Shown here in pieces: positions 22,301 to 30,809 of a stretch of DNA of 64,000 bases. A program made the position numbers and the translations under genes. The notes beneath the pieces were generated by a model. The model saw only the letters and a program-made list of their open reading frames with translations. It was not told where the DNA came from and did no database searches. Every line of letters begins with the position of its first letter. Positions within the stretch are counted from its first letter, which is position 1. Source of the DNA: a virus; IMG/VR virus record IMGVR_UViG_3300020185_000013, positions 32,001-96,000 of that record; one strand, given 5' to 3'.

Positions 22301-23222
22301 GTTCAAAGAACCGGTTTATAAACTAAATCTATCAACCAACTACGATGTAAATAAATCACTAGCATTTTATAATAGGTACAATAGAATGGGTACTGCATTT
22401 AACGTTGGATTTATTAGTGACGAAGGGATTCATGATGCTAAATGGGGAAAGATTAAAAACCATTTCTACCATAAGGTAAATGAAATCAATACGCTTGGCG
22501 TAACTAAACTTTCAGAAAGCAGTGAATACTTACCACAATACCCATTAATTAATGAGGTTACAATTGATAAAAGAGATATTAATGTCTTCAAGTCTTCATG
22601 GGAAAATAACTATTATGTTAGATCTCTAAGTGGAGGAGATACTGAATTGGTACCTGGTACGATTTCAACTCTTGAAGAAAAATCATACCTTGGTTCTACT
22701 GTAATAAAATACAAACCATCGTATTCGATTTATGAATTTACATCGACTTCTGTGAATTCTGCATCTGATTTGGATGTTATATTGAAAAACAATTCAAATA
22801 AAACAGACGTTGTCTATTTTGAAGATGATAATAATTTGATTGTTGACTTCTATTTAGGAGGAATCGCAGCAAAAACAATTGGTGAAGATGGGTTATTTGA
22901 AACTATTCAAAAGTTTGTCGATCCAGCAAACAGTGCAGGAGATAAAACAACAATTGATGACGATGTAACATTGTATGCTGCTAACAATATGGTTGGACTA
23001 TACAGACTTGATGATATTCAAATCTATGTTAAAGAGTACAAAGGCTCTCCATCAGAAGTAGTTTCAGCAGATAGTATTGATACAATCGACAATGGGTATA
23101 CTAAAGCAAGCGATTTTACATATCAATTACATGGTAAAAAGCCACTAAATTTTAGACTAATATATAATAAAAAGTTAGGCTATTCATATAGCATGAAGGC
23201 GCTGATAAAAATACAAGCATAA
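16332..23222 (+). CDS. Giant (2296 aa) virion structural protein
   Basis: Uninterrupted ORF with a Cys-containing N-terminal third and an SGT linker; structural context. Confidence 0.55.
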   Translation: MAFSTRIYFKDILSDPSLLCSGPHDTPVNLQSDGSGKFIVFYNEQNALLVGLNDSASIIDLGLNNIEIYRTQILADQNDPTGYAEAGYYASTEFDGTNTVSTTVYPYNNGSWGQPTLCQASSGTSGTSGTSGTSGTSGTSGTSGTSSNVKSFQIYYTSSTGSNGDYCQGTSIKNLYYDGASTFSTIEQIIYAHVTGAITLKIYTGPGNPPSASQITDLNDINQTGPLAILDLTPGEYGDVIDYFYINIDGTQNGWQHGSGANIDYTSTILVPTSDPGSTKQSALAAGWIPFYCPNSGASSIILNYGSDSTAFCGTPTNSTYYYYTGPGGPTYNTVDDLVSNGIRIWNNANSAVSGLDPNYTTDLAATGVYSHLSSYGYGFDNNTGTWFQSKITCALVGDPEPRAIDITVAQCTEYGEFVGFCHYPKSIVQVFYMSTVDLTLLEIVQSNIYLYTSADAAENTDYNELISYQAFGDAQNSIPSTQYFIWTGSFYLGKNPTNGTERSDDPTANITQGHQCQTVSRTTPFSTEVLNTGGYKKFYAFYQCGSATIGQSANSFPVYVIDADVTLNEENYITDFVGFLNQNNKKTFAVNSCKCVEYIHTIYANTENEAKVLLENYYDRVVSEDPANLGIFSESEVLVYDDCTDCSSNTDPLSYKFPFVEEAVPPTPGPNLDTEKNYQLDNVSKPLLRTNPKLSTNVKMVVDSEGRIYLDSINANQGLSNTSYKKYELSSDSRYAYDLSRYYNENNTPLDSAFDTKRDYSDFSVLDDYSKQFEEDYQYGTKLNASKLYSEDFRMMAPIWLDVNMPKKFVIYRVEDPTPEFDYTEGATDKLTRVTRMIRNSRIVKVFDLSSSSSIGKYLRNHVQDEFFPDSPLTVTMEKNQKSNFNGIDLVKGGFVEKGEYIYDDFVKQDTTLIDANNFITDGFRRNKVACANLINLEFMFNDTTATDYSVNRYFGLYVDDLDSGIGEISNIKNGLVRFKNIESYLQGNDPTYAIPEYSLLQSAGVLAYARIKENFYNLDSSNAYNANRYNVAVKATDEEINSKLGINSKDVSVQIKPNETAGGDYLKATVIDIPGNNDLFRVTAVKREAVRLKIVANVGGETVRIEDALGNYIDFTMGATGSISWANFEAAWNSVNQTSPQQTIEFYNRYELSVEADSTQINSIVLRERSANLVDNGIFVTTVTSIIGVKEIYTNVNQTIGTFRADNTGSLGKRKFNKDFFSTIGEKSDVAFAIAGAIRNYTDFDAYSVNEYVYIISEVNGYQLMNCTLLVADSNQIDFITAENSDTNNELNLSSDLTLNYSSYFFNGGHSAGKSVYVDSNVVSQIQAGDYLPTKYSGKYNLVLDVVEDTTERSGNFNKIILQDKSSLTAGNYNVFSKNLMALGLFSAYDIHDMNFDFYDTSNSELKELKYETRENMDYEPYEQAVLGVGNILPDNVISEDFLLNPIEYFANLLPVLGGEDSKTLKVDRISSEYDRLKENYLKEYSTDSRVVPNINKWVLKDMLNVREQPYYLNTNEAFGKTNFSPDITVEGRNRDAFSHEWFYLDKWPEYLTYNQYNDGFSYIDFVEGFDVTKDIFKNVDHDYFDRFMVSEGHELVVPFIDPLDPTQNKETIFYTKTELTKKYTPIKGGSDIDFASTIFKGLKFEFKKRKDGSSQNTAEFVKNSEFNNYRFSTLVKVNTNADTNNIEYEFIKNDKFEYVIFFIQLNIEDSFIGDYINRKYLYELEHKVVVDTDQNGQNFYRYADVNIDGAIELSSVNWAAQGPYTLKGVIHNDGSSPAFSNQMPSQEDGTYGRLKIDYGLGGDFYMDVVKVISIDQLQVLGAPYTVDSLGVKQPVNPYTIPYQAQLNAKYVYEGGGVNAHELLLSQLSANKVFDKVNNNSTEIKYTTILEDGTELTNQFSVRMDDGNEIIKHSKLVTSIDGDTPKSYKLKKETIGYVIEDGTEYYPFLIRHNGRYTVDLTPVVTFTDIYGFNKVIRDQLTYDTGFKMFKEPVYKLNLSTNYDVNKSLAFYNRYNRMGTAFNVGFISDEGIHDAKWGKIKNHFYHKVNEINTLGVTKLSESSEYLPQYPLINEVTIDKRDINVFKSSWENNYYVRSLSGGDTELVPGTISTLEEKSYLGSTVIKYKPSYSIYEFTSTSVNSASDLDVILKNNSNKTDVVYFEDDNNLIVDFYLGGIAAKTIGEDGLFETIQKFVDPANSAGDKTTIDDDVTLYAANNMVGLYRLDDIQIYVKEYKGSPSEVVSADSIDTIDNGYTKASDFTYQLHGKKPLNFRLIYNKKLGYSYSMKALIKIQA
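16695..16766 (+). repeat. 8 x 9-nt coding repeat (SGT)8
   Basis: (tca/agt/agc/tcg)ggaact repeated eight times. Confidence 0.9.
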
Positions 23223-23223
23223 A

Positions 23224-25074
23224 ATGCCAATTAACATTAGAGAAATACTTTACCCTAATGATACTGATACCATTAGATGGGAGAAGGTCAATTATAACTT
23301 TGACCAGATCTTAGCAAATGGCGGTAAAGAGGGACCGAGAGGTACCAAGGGAGACGCTGGAGCAGTTGGTGCTACTGGTGTTAAAGGAGACAAAGGAGAC
23401 CAGGGAGACCAAGGAATTAAAGGTGAAACTGGTATTTCAACCAATTTTTGGGATCAGTTTACACATGATTCAATTAGCGCAAACGTTTTAAAACCAAAAG
23501 ACGGAACAAATAGTCAAGAGACTGTAGTGTTTATTGGCGATACTACATATACTGAAGGTTCTGCTGCTGGTGATTTAGATCCAAACGCACAGCTTGTGGT
23601 TGGTCAAAGTAGTTCTTTATTCTATGCACAAAAATGGTTAGCATATGGAAGTGGATTAACTGACATTGCAATTAGAGGAGAGGCTACAATAGATTATGAT
23701 GGCAATAATAATGCAGGTACAAATTGGGTTTTACAACCAAACTTTGGAGGCGCAAATACCAAGCTAACTATCCAGTCACATGTGCTAAGATTAGATGCTT
23801 ATGAAAAGCTAAATATCTCTAGTACTACAGGAGTAGAGTTTTTAGCAGGTGGAGCAATTGTAGTTAAACCTAGTTTTACAGCTGATGGAATTTCAACATT
23901 TAATGATAATGTGACCATTAATGCAGATGCTTCAATAACTGGAGAATTAACAGTTGGCGGAACCGATTCATTCTTTAACGGAACCGGTTCTATTAATCTC
24001 CCTTCTGGTACAACAGCACAAAGAACTGCTGGAAGTCCGATAGGCGCAATTAGATACAATTCAACTTCTGATAAATTTGAAGGATATGATTCAACAGTGT
24101 GGGTAGATTTAACTAGACTATCTAATTCAGCAAAGACAACTTATGTTGCGGTACAAACTGATTCTGATTATTCATTAGGTGAAGATGGTAAAGTTAATCT
24201 AGTTGCTTCTGGAACTAAAACTGTTAGTGTTGGTGTTTCTGACGTAAACATTATTAAAGATACTAAACTAACAACATCAGATCTATATTTTATTACTAAA
24301 AATAGAGGAGTTGTTTTTCCAGTTGGAAATGATTCAGCCGGTCTGTCTGGTTCCAATGGAGCCACTGGATTTACTGCTGGTAATTTTGGTTCAGATATAG
24401 TAGACAGAACATTAAGAGACTATTTTGAAAAAGGAGACTATACTCCTACTAATCCATTAGTTAAAGTAACGGATAGTTCTTCCACTGCTCTTGTAATCGC
24501 ATCGTCAAATTATACCGACGGAGATTTTGATGTAAACTATACTAAAATTGGTAATTTAATTAATGTTTTTGGTCAATATGAATTTAAGACAACTAGTTTT
24601 GGAGGATCATACACGCTGTCTGACAATTTTGGATTAAAACTAGGAGTAAACAATGAATTTGCATATACTAATAATTCTAATTTTGATATTATAGTTAACG
24701 TTGAAGTAGATAATTTTCAAATATTAAACGAAACAGCACCTACGAGTGCTGGGAATGAACCATCAGATCCTGAGAATACTCCGGCTTCTTATTTTGGAAT
24801 TATTAGACCAGGAGAAAACACAATCCGATTATATGTTAGGAGAAATACAACAGCAAGTACTGGAACAGGAAGTACTCCAACTAGCCCAACGAACGGAGCT
24901 GTAGTAACCATTGCAGAACCGGTAAAACTCAAACATGTAGTAACATACAATACAGGTAGCGGTCAGGTTCCTTTAAGTATTAGATTTAGTTTTGCAATGC
25001 CTGTTAATTATGAATCTTACACTAGTTTTACTACCGGCGGTGGTGGTAATACAGGAAACTCACAAGGAGTATAA
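23224..25074 (+). CDS. Tail fibre protein with collagen-like Gly-X-Y segment
   Basis: GPRGTKGDAGAVGATGVKGDKGDQGDQGIKGETG; LPSGTTAQR..GAIRYNSTSDKFEGY fibre motif; YTKIGNLINV tip-type motif. Confidence 0.75.
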   Translation: MPINIREILYPNDTDTIRWEKVNYNFDQILANGGKEGPRGTKGDAGAVGATGVKGDKGDQGDQGIKGETGISTNFWDQFTHDSISANVLKPKDGTNSQETVVFIGDTTYTEGSAAGDLDPNAQLVVGQSSSLFYAQKWLAYGSGLTDIAIRGEATIDYDGNNNAGTNWVLQPNFGGANTKLTIQSHVLRLDAYEKLNISSTTGVEFLAGGAIVVKPSFTADGISTFNDNVTINADASITGELTVGGTDSFFNGTGSINLPSGTTAQRTAGSPIGAIRYNSTSDKFEGYDSTVWVDLTRLSNSAKTTYVAVQTDSDYSLGEDGKVNLVASGTKTVSVGVSDVNIIKDTKLTTSDLYFITKNRGVVFPVGNDSAGLSGSNGATGFTAGNFGSDIVDRTLRDYFEKGDYTPTNPLVKVTDSSSTALVIASSNYTDGDFDVNYTKIGNLINVFGQYEFKTTSFGGSYTLSDNFGLKLGVNNEFAYTNNSNFDIIVNVEVDNFQILNETAPTSAGNEPSDPENTPASYFGIIRPGENTIRLYVRRNTTASTGTGSTPTSPTNGAVVTIAEPVKLKHVVTYNTGSGQVPLSIRFSFAMPVNYESYTSFTTGGGGNTGNSQGV

Positions 25075-25088
25075 TAATTCTAGAAAAG

Positions 25089-25910
25089 ATGATAACATTA
25101 ATTAAAATATTAGACTTTTTTAGGTCGCTTGATAAGAAAGTGCTAGCATTTATTGGTGGTGCTATTCTTGTTTTATTTATGATGCAGCAATGTAATCGCA
25201 TCAGTGAGTTAAAAACTGAAATTAAGCAAGTTGAGGCTCAAGCTGAGAATAATCTAAATAACTACATTGCAGCAAATGACTCAATTAAGTATTTTAGAAC
25301 CTTAAACGGAGATATGGTCGCTCAAATTTCAAGCTACCAATTTTCAGTTGAGGATTTACAAAGGGCAAATGGTAACTTGCTGAAAAAATACAGAAGATCA
25401 CTTCAATTAAATAAAGAACTTGAAGGTGTTAAGAATCTGCTTGAGAGTGAGTTACAAATAAAGGATAGCATTATTGCATCTGCAAGTTCAACCAGACTAA
25501 GCGACAGTACTGATTTAATCGAGTTTAAAGATTATGTAGACTATGGAGATGGCAATTCTAGAGACCTTTCAGGTTCTTTGGTTGTAACTAAACTTGATAG
25601 TGCTCTTGCAGCATCTGATGTTAAGATTAGATTAAGTCAATCAATTACACTAAGAGCAGCAGTTGAAGAAGTAGATGGAAGGGATCAAATTAAGATTTCT
25701 ACAGGCTACCCTGGTTTAACGATCGGTTCGATTGAGAATATAAATTTGATAAATAATAAGTTAAACGCAACACCATATACTAAGAAAGCTGGATGGTCAG
25801 TTGGAATTGGAGTAGGATATGGAGTTATGTTAAATAATGGACAGCAATTAGGATTTGGCCCAACAATTGGAGCACACCTAATTTGGTCACCAAAATGGTT
25901 AAGATTTTAA
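25089..25910 (+). CDS. Membrane-anchored coiled-coil protein, possible spanin-like lysis protein
   Basis: N-terminal hydrophobic helix plus QQC, coiled coil, C-terminal Gly/aromatic beta-hairpin ending in F. Confidence 0.45.
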   Translation: MITLIKILDFFRSLDKKVLAFIGGAILVLFMMQQCNRISELKTEIKQVEAQAENNLNNYIAANDSIKYFRTLNGDMVAQISSYQFSVEDLQRANGNLLKKYRRSLQLNKELEGVKNLLESELQIKDSIIASASSTRLSDSTDLIEFKDYVDYGDGNSRDLSGSLVVTKLDSALAASDVKIRLSQSITLRAAVEEVDGRDQIKISTGYPGLTIGSIENINLINNKLNATPYTKKAGWSVGIGVGYGVMLNNGQQLGFGPTIGAHLIWSPKWLRF

Positions 25911-25911
25911 T

Positions 25912-28011
25912 ATGGCACAATCATCAACATACTACAGAATTGACGAAGATGTATTGTTAGAGTTCGTATATCACGATCAGTCTAACCCTACAACATATGA
26001 CATCGAGGTCGATGACAATGGTAGTGAGATAAAAATTCTCAATACGGTTGATGGAGATCCATTCGCGAAAAGACACTTAATTCATGAGCTTGGAGGAGAC
26101 GTTGTTAATTTTGACGTTACCTATTCTGCAGGATATCTTGTTATCGAAGGATTTGCAGCTCGTAAATTACTTCTACAATCAGGTAAAACTTACAAATTCA
26201 ACCTTGGAGACGGTACTGGAAATTATATTCCAGTTGCTAGTAACTTTAAGATTAAAGGAACTGTAGGTACTGGAGGATATTCAACGGTAAATGGAAACAC
26301 AATTTTGACATTTACTCCAGTAACTAATGGACTTGCTGAGTATTATTATGATGACTTGGCTTCTCCGTTAATTGGTGGAGTTATTAGTGTTTCTGAAAAG
26401 GCAAATCCATTATTTGCAAATCCAGATGAGAATACTGGAAATGATATTAATCAAATTATTGGTAGATACCATACAGTTCAAGCACCTGGTGATTCTACGA
26501 AATGGGCTCTACTAGGATATGATTCTACTGGAGCATACCAGCAATTTAACTATATTAATAATAACACTGATTGGTTAGGAGAAGATGAGACCGATTTATT
26601 AGCTTCTCAGGCAAATGCTACAGCATCAATCAATTTTATTAGATACGATAAAATTAGGCTACACTTAAGAAGTGGTTACAATTTTGCAAGTAGAGGATAT
26701 GAAGGTTTCTTATTCCAAGTATTAGCAGATAGAACTAGTGGAGTACAAAATAACCTAACTCAATTAGTTTACTTAAACCAGTCTAATTACGAGATTTCAA
26801 ATCCAAAACCATTTATTCTTGGAGAGACACTATTCTCTAAATTTATTGAAATTAAGTTTCCAACTGTTTTAGCAAATCAGAACCCACAGTTTAATGATGT
26901 ATTCTACGGTGATGGCAATGCTAATAGTTCAGATTTAGACCCAACTTCAAACTATGGAGTTGTATTTAGTCTAATTGACAGATTATCGACTGAGGATGGA
27001 TACGATTATATCTATACTGCTGAGGAAAACGCGTTCACTATTTCAAGAGAGGACGAGTACCAAGATTTTACAGCTGTTATTGAAGAGGCAAATGACGGAG
27101 ATTACTTTAAGATTTATGGAGAAAGAGATGGTAGTGCAAGTGCATTCGAAGCTTACGTATTAAACAGGATTAATACCTCATCAGATGACATTATTGTTAT
27201 CTATGGTGTAGAATTATACGAACAAATCGGGATGGGTCAAGTTAAAACGTTCGATACAACGTTTACTCAAACTGAAGATTTTGCAAACCCTATCATTTTC
27301 CGACCAGTTGTAATGAATGCAAGTACTGCGGTTAACTTCTCAATCGACGTTACGATGAGAATCTATAACGAGACTGACAATACACAAATCGTTAAGAAGG
27401 CAAGTTTAACCTATAATTCAGCAGCTAAATACGGTAAAAAACTACAGACGATAAATATATCTGGTAGAAACACAGTAACTGAGGTATTTAATACTCTTCC
27501 AAATCTTTCACAGAACAGAAGTATTAGAGAGGCAATTGTGGCTTCAATACCAAGATCGATTAAGAACGTTAAAACATTTATTGAGAGATATAATGTAGTT
27601 GCAGCAGTTAACCCTGCAGAAGTTTCAATCACTGAACTTGGACAACTTAATAGTATCAGAGATTTGAATAGCCCAGAATATCTTGCTTCAAATCAACTAG
27701 AAATTGGAGTCTATCCGATGGACAACTACTATAAGTTTAAGATTGTAAGAAAGAATGGCGACGATTTTGAAGCAATGGACTTCACATCAGTTGAGAATAT
27801 GACTCTTAATTTTATTGATGGACAGGTTCGTAAGAAATTCAACCACATCTGTAATAGAGACGTTGATATGAGTAAAGGAGAGGTTCTATTTAAAATAGAT
27901 AGTGGAAACGCTACCGAAATTAGAGCAATGCAAACTAACTCATTCTATATTGGATTAAATAATGGTAGTGAAGAAACTATTGTTATCAAAGGAAGCTTTA
28001 CAGTTGAATAA
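25912..28011 (+). CDS. Virion structural protein
   Basis: 699 aa, beta-rich; GATAAATA at 25748 upstream. Confidence 0.45.
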   Translation: MAQSSTYYRIDEDVLLEFVYHDQSNPTTYDIEVDDNGSEIKILNTVDGDPFAKRHLIHELGGDVVNFDVTYSAGYLVIEGFAARKLLLQSGKTYKFNLGDGTGNYIPVASNFKIKGTVGTGGYSTVNGNTILTFTPVTNGLAEYYYDDLASPLIGGVISVSEKANPLFANPDENTGNDINQIIGRYHTVQAPGDSTKWALLGYDSTGAYQQFNYINNNTDWLGEDETDLLASQANATASINFIRYDKIRLHLRSGYNFASRGYEGFLFQVLADRTSGVQNNLTQLVYLNQSNYEISNPKPFILGETLFSKFIEIKFPTVLANQNPQFNDVFYGDGNANSSDLDPTSNYGVVFSLIDRLSTEDGYDYIYTAEENAFTISREDEYQDFTAVIEEANDGDYFKIYGERDGSASAFEAYVLNRINTSSDDIIVIYGVELYEQIGMGQVKTFDTTFTQTEDFANPIIFRPVVMNASTAVNFSIDVTMRIYNETDNTQIVKKASLTYNSAAKYGKKLQTINISGRNTVTEVFNTLPNLSQNRSIREAIVASIPRSIKNVKTFIERYNVVAAVNPAEVSITELGQLNSIRDLNSPEYLASNQLEIGVYPMDNYYKFKIVRKNGDDFEAMDFTSVENMTLNFIDGQVRKKFNHICNRDVDMSKGEVLFKIDSGNATEIRAMQTNSFYIGLNNGSEETIVIKGSFTVE

Positions 28012-28562
28012 TGATTCTAAATAGTAGAAATAATACATACGATTTTAGGTTCCCTAGAAACTTTATCCCAGATGAAGTAGCAGATAAGTACAGAAAGTAC
28101 CTTGCTAAGATTCCAGGTAATATAATGGCGGAGCCAATCGACTTTGTAAATTATTCAGTACAGGGTCTTAATGTTCCTGGAATTAGCTTTGATCCAGTAA
28201 CTCAAAATGACTGGGACGGTACAACAAGATATCATCGAGGTTCTCAACCAATCCAGAATACAGTAGAGAGACAATTTACAGTAACAATGCAGTTACTTGA
28301 CGGCTTCATTAACTACTGGATTATGCAAGATACCCTTTTATATTATTATTCAAGAGGAACTAAGGATCCGTTTACCCAAGACCTAACACTACGAGTACTT
28401 GATGCTGAAGGTGCAAGTGTTGCATTCTTTAAATTTGAGAATCCAATTATGAACTCAATTAATGAGTTGACCTTGAATATGAGTGATAACGTGGCCGACT
28501 TCAGTACATTCGAAGTTACATTCTACTACAATAAGATAGACTTACAAATCGAAATTGACTAA
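28011..28562 (+). CDS. Tail completion / tube-fold protein, T4 gp3-like
   Basis: VQGLNVPGISF..FTVTMQLLD..FEVTFYY fits the gp3/gp19 tube fold. Confidence 0.6.
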   Translation: MILNSRNNTYDFRFPRNFIPDEVADKYRKYLAKIPGNIMAEPIDFVNYSVQGLNVPGISFDPVTQNDWDGTTRYHRGSQPIQNTVERQFTVTMQLLDGFINYWIMQDTLLYYYSRGTKDPFTQDLTLRVLDAEGASVAFFKFENPIMNSINELTLNMSDNVADFSTFEVTFYYNKIDLQIEID

Positions 28563-28572
28563 TATATACAAT

Positions 28573-28950
28573 ATGAAAGATATTAAGACATTTAAAGAAT
28601 ACCTACAGGAACAACAAATTACTGAAGAGGATCTAAGAATCTTAACCGAAGGTTTAGAATCTGAGTGGACTTCAGAGCTTGAAGCGAAGGTTGATGAGGC
28701 AATTGAACAATTCGTTGCCGAATACTCTAATGAAAATGGAGAACTTGACATTAATAAATTTAATGAAGAGTTAACTAATGAAGGTTTATTAGGATCTATT
28801 TTTGGTGGTTTAACTGGATTTGCTTTAGGTAAATCAGTTGGTAAACTAATTGCTAAAGTGTTAGGTATTCAGAAGGGAGTATTTTACGATCTATTAACTT
28901 CAAGACTTGTAGGTGCTGCATTAGGTGCTGCTCTTGGTAAAAACATGTAA
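28573..28950 (+). CDS. CTS-tagged small protein with C-terminal glycine zipper
   Basis: ATG 28573 gives MKDIKTFKEYLQE just after AATATATA (28561). C-terminus GLLGSIFGGLTG..GAALGAALG. Confidence 0.55.
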   Translation: MKDIKTFKEYLQEQQITEEDLRILTEGLESEWTSELEAKVDEAIEQFVAEYSNENGELDINKFNEELTNEGLLGSIFGGLTGFALGKSVGKLIAKVLGIQKGVFYDLLTSRLVGAALGAALGKNM

Positions 28951-29604
28951 ATGAATTACCTAGCAATCGACTTTTCCCTAAATTCTCCAGGGATTTGTCT
29001 ATATAATGATAAGAGTAAAAAGTACCACTTCATCGCTTATATGAAACCTGGTACTGGGTCAAAGAAGGAGCAAAAGCTCCAAGAGGAGATGTCTCTTTTA
29101 AAAGACGTTACTCTCGTTAGTCAGCCTGATTTTACAAAAGAAGAAGAGTTCTCAAGTGTTGAGCTTGCAAAGGTCAAAAGATATGACCGAATGGCAGATG
29201 ATATTATCAATTTAGTTTTACAGGATTGTTTCGAAGGAGAAGGTTTTACAATTGCTTTTGAGGGTACCAGTTATGGCTCAAAGATGGGGACTAATAATGT
29301 AATTGATATGGCTGCTGGCGCCGCTATCCTAAAACTAAAGCTTCTTAAAACCTTAAGACCAGAAGACTTAATGACTGTCGCTCCGACCTCAATTAAGAAA
29401 TTTGCTGGAAAGGGAAATATGAATAAGTTACAATTGTTTGAGGCTTTTTTGGAGAATCGAATTGGGGACGAAAACCTAGAGAAGAGCCCCTTATATGCTT
29501 GGATTAAAGAACAAGAGTTTGGGAAAAAGATACCAAAGCCGCTTGATGATTTAGTGGACGCGTTCTTCCTAGCAGCTATGATATCAACCCCTGAAACCAA
29601 GTAA
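28951..29604 (+). CDS. RuvC-like Holliday junction resolvase
   Basis: YLAIDFSLNSPG, AFEG.SYGS, VAPTSIKKFAG.GN..K, DDLVDAF. Confidence 0.75.
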   Translation: MNYLAIDFSLNSPGICLYNDKSKKYHFIAYMKPGTGSKKEQKLQEEMSLLKDVTLVSQPDFTKEEEFSSVELAKVKRYDRMADDIINLVLQDCFEGEGFTIAFEGTSYGSKMGTNNVIDMAAGAAILKLKLLKTLRPEDLMTVAPTSIKKFAGKGNMNKLQLFEAFLENRIGDENLEKSPLYAWIKEQEFGKKIPKPLDDLVDAFFLAAMISTPETK

Positions 29605-29632
29605 CCTTATCTCTCTTTCAAAGACCTGAAAG

Positions 29633-29660
29633 TTATATGCACCTTTGAGAAAAAAGTTTC
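29633..29660 (-). promoter_or_regulatory. Leftward GAAAC-type promoter candidate
   Basis: Minus strand reads GAAAC-N16-CATATAA. Confidence 0.45.
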
Positions 29661-29682
29661 AAATTGTGCTAACTTTTTGCGT

Positions 29683-29709
29683 GAAACTTCCCATTTCTTA
29701 GATATATAA
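29683..29709 (+). promoter_or_regulatory. GAAAC-N17-TATAA promoter (gp32 distal)
   Basis: gtGAAACttcccatttcttagaTATATAA. Confidence 0.65.
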
Positions 29710-29832
29710 TATATGATGATGTTACAAGCCAACATTCGTCCGATACAATAATCTTTAAATTAGGTCCTCAATTAGAAGGAAACGTTCAAGCGCGACAGCT
29801 TTAAAAAAGATTTAGTATCAACCTATGGCGGT

Positions 29833-29859
29833 GAAACATTGTTATTTAGAGGTATATAA
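29833..29859 (+). promoter_or_regulatory. GAAAC-N17-TATAA promoter (gp32 proximal)
   Basis: gtGAAACattgttatttagaggTATATAA. Confidence 0.7.
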
Positions 29860-29900
29860 AGTACACAATTAAACATTTTTAAAGGTAATTTTTAAGTATT

Positions 29901-30809
29901 ATGGCAGATTTTGACATTTTCAATTTGGGTGTAGAAGACGTAGAAACGCATCAACCCCAAGCAACAACATCAGCAAATGAAGTTTACAAACCAACAGCTG
30001 ATGACGGTAAAGACGGAACTTACAAAGCGTTAGTTCGCTTCGTTCCAAATCCTGAGAATCCACGTAATTCTCTGATTCAAAAGTACGTACATTGGCTAAC
30101 AGATGCTAATGGCAACGGTAAATTGGTAGACTCTCCATCAACAGTTGGTGAGAAATGCCCAATCGCAGATGTATTCTGGAAACTTCGTAACAGCGACAGT
30201 GCAGTAGATCGTAAAGCTTCTGACAAACTAAAAAGACGTCAGCAGTACTACTCACTAATCAAAATTATTAAGGATCCACAGAATCCAGCACTAGAAGGAA
30301 CTTACAAAGTATTCAAGTTCGGTTACAAGATCAAAGAAAAGATCGATGCTGAATTGAAGCCAGACTTCGGTGAACCAACACAAGTATTTGACCTATTTGA
30401 AGGTAAAAACTTTGAGTTGATTATCACACGACAAGGCGAATACAACAACTACGATAAGTCTAAGTTCTCATCTTCCCGATCAGCAGTTAACGTTAATGGT
30501 GAACCAGCTGAAAGAACAAAAGAATCAATGGCTGCAATCAAAGCAGAACTTGATGAAGCACCTTCACTCGCAACTTACGACTACAAAGCATGGGATGGTG
30601 AAACTCGTGATTTTGTAAATGGAGTACTAAAAATGTATTTGAATCCTGGAGATGCAATCTCTGAGATCTCAACTTCATCAACTCCAAAGAAGTCGGCACC
30701 AAAGAAAGAAAAAGTTGCTGAAGCTGTTGCTGCTCCAACAAGCAGTTCAACTACAGAAGTTTCAAGTGATGATGATTTAGATTCTTTCTTGAATGACCTC
30801 GACATCTAA
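29901..30809 (+). CDS. gp32: Single-stranded DNA-binding protein
   Basis: ALVRFVP, CPI, IIKDPQNP..EG..KVFKFGYKIKEKI, NYDKSKF, acidic tail DDDLDSFLNDL. Confidence 0.9.
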   Translation: MADFDIFNLGVEDVETHQPQATTSANEVYKPTADDGKDGTYKALVRFVPNPENPRNSLIQKYVHWLTDANGNGKLVDSPSTVGEKCPIADVFWKLRNSDSAVDRKASDKLKRRQQYYSLIKIIKDPQNPALEGTYKVFKFGYKIKEKIDAELKPDFGEPTQVFDLFEGKNFELIITRQGEYNNYDKSKFSSSRSAVNVNGEPAERTKESMAAIKAELDEAPSLATYDYKAWDGETRDFVNGVLKMYLNPGDAISEISTSSTPKKSAPKKEKVAEAVAAPTSSSTTEVSSDDDLDSFLNDLDI

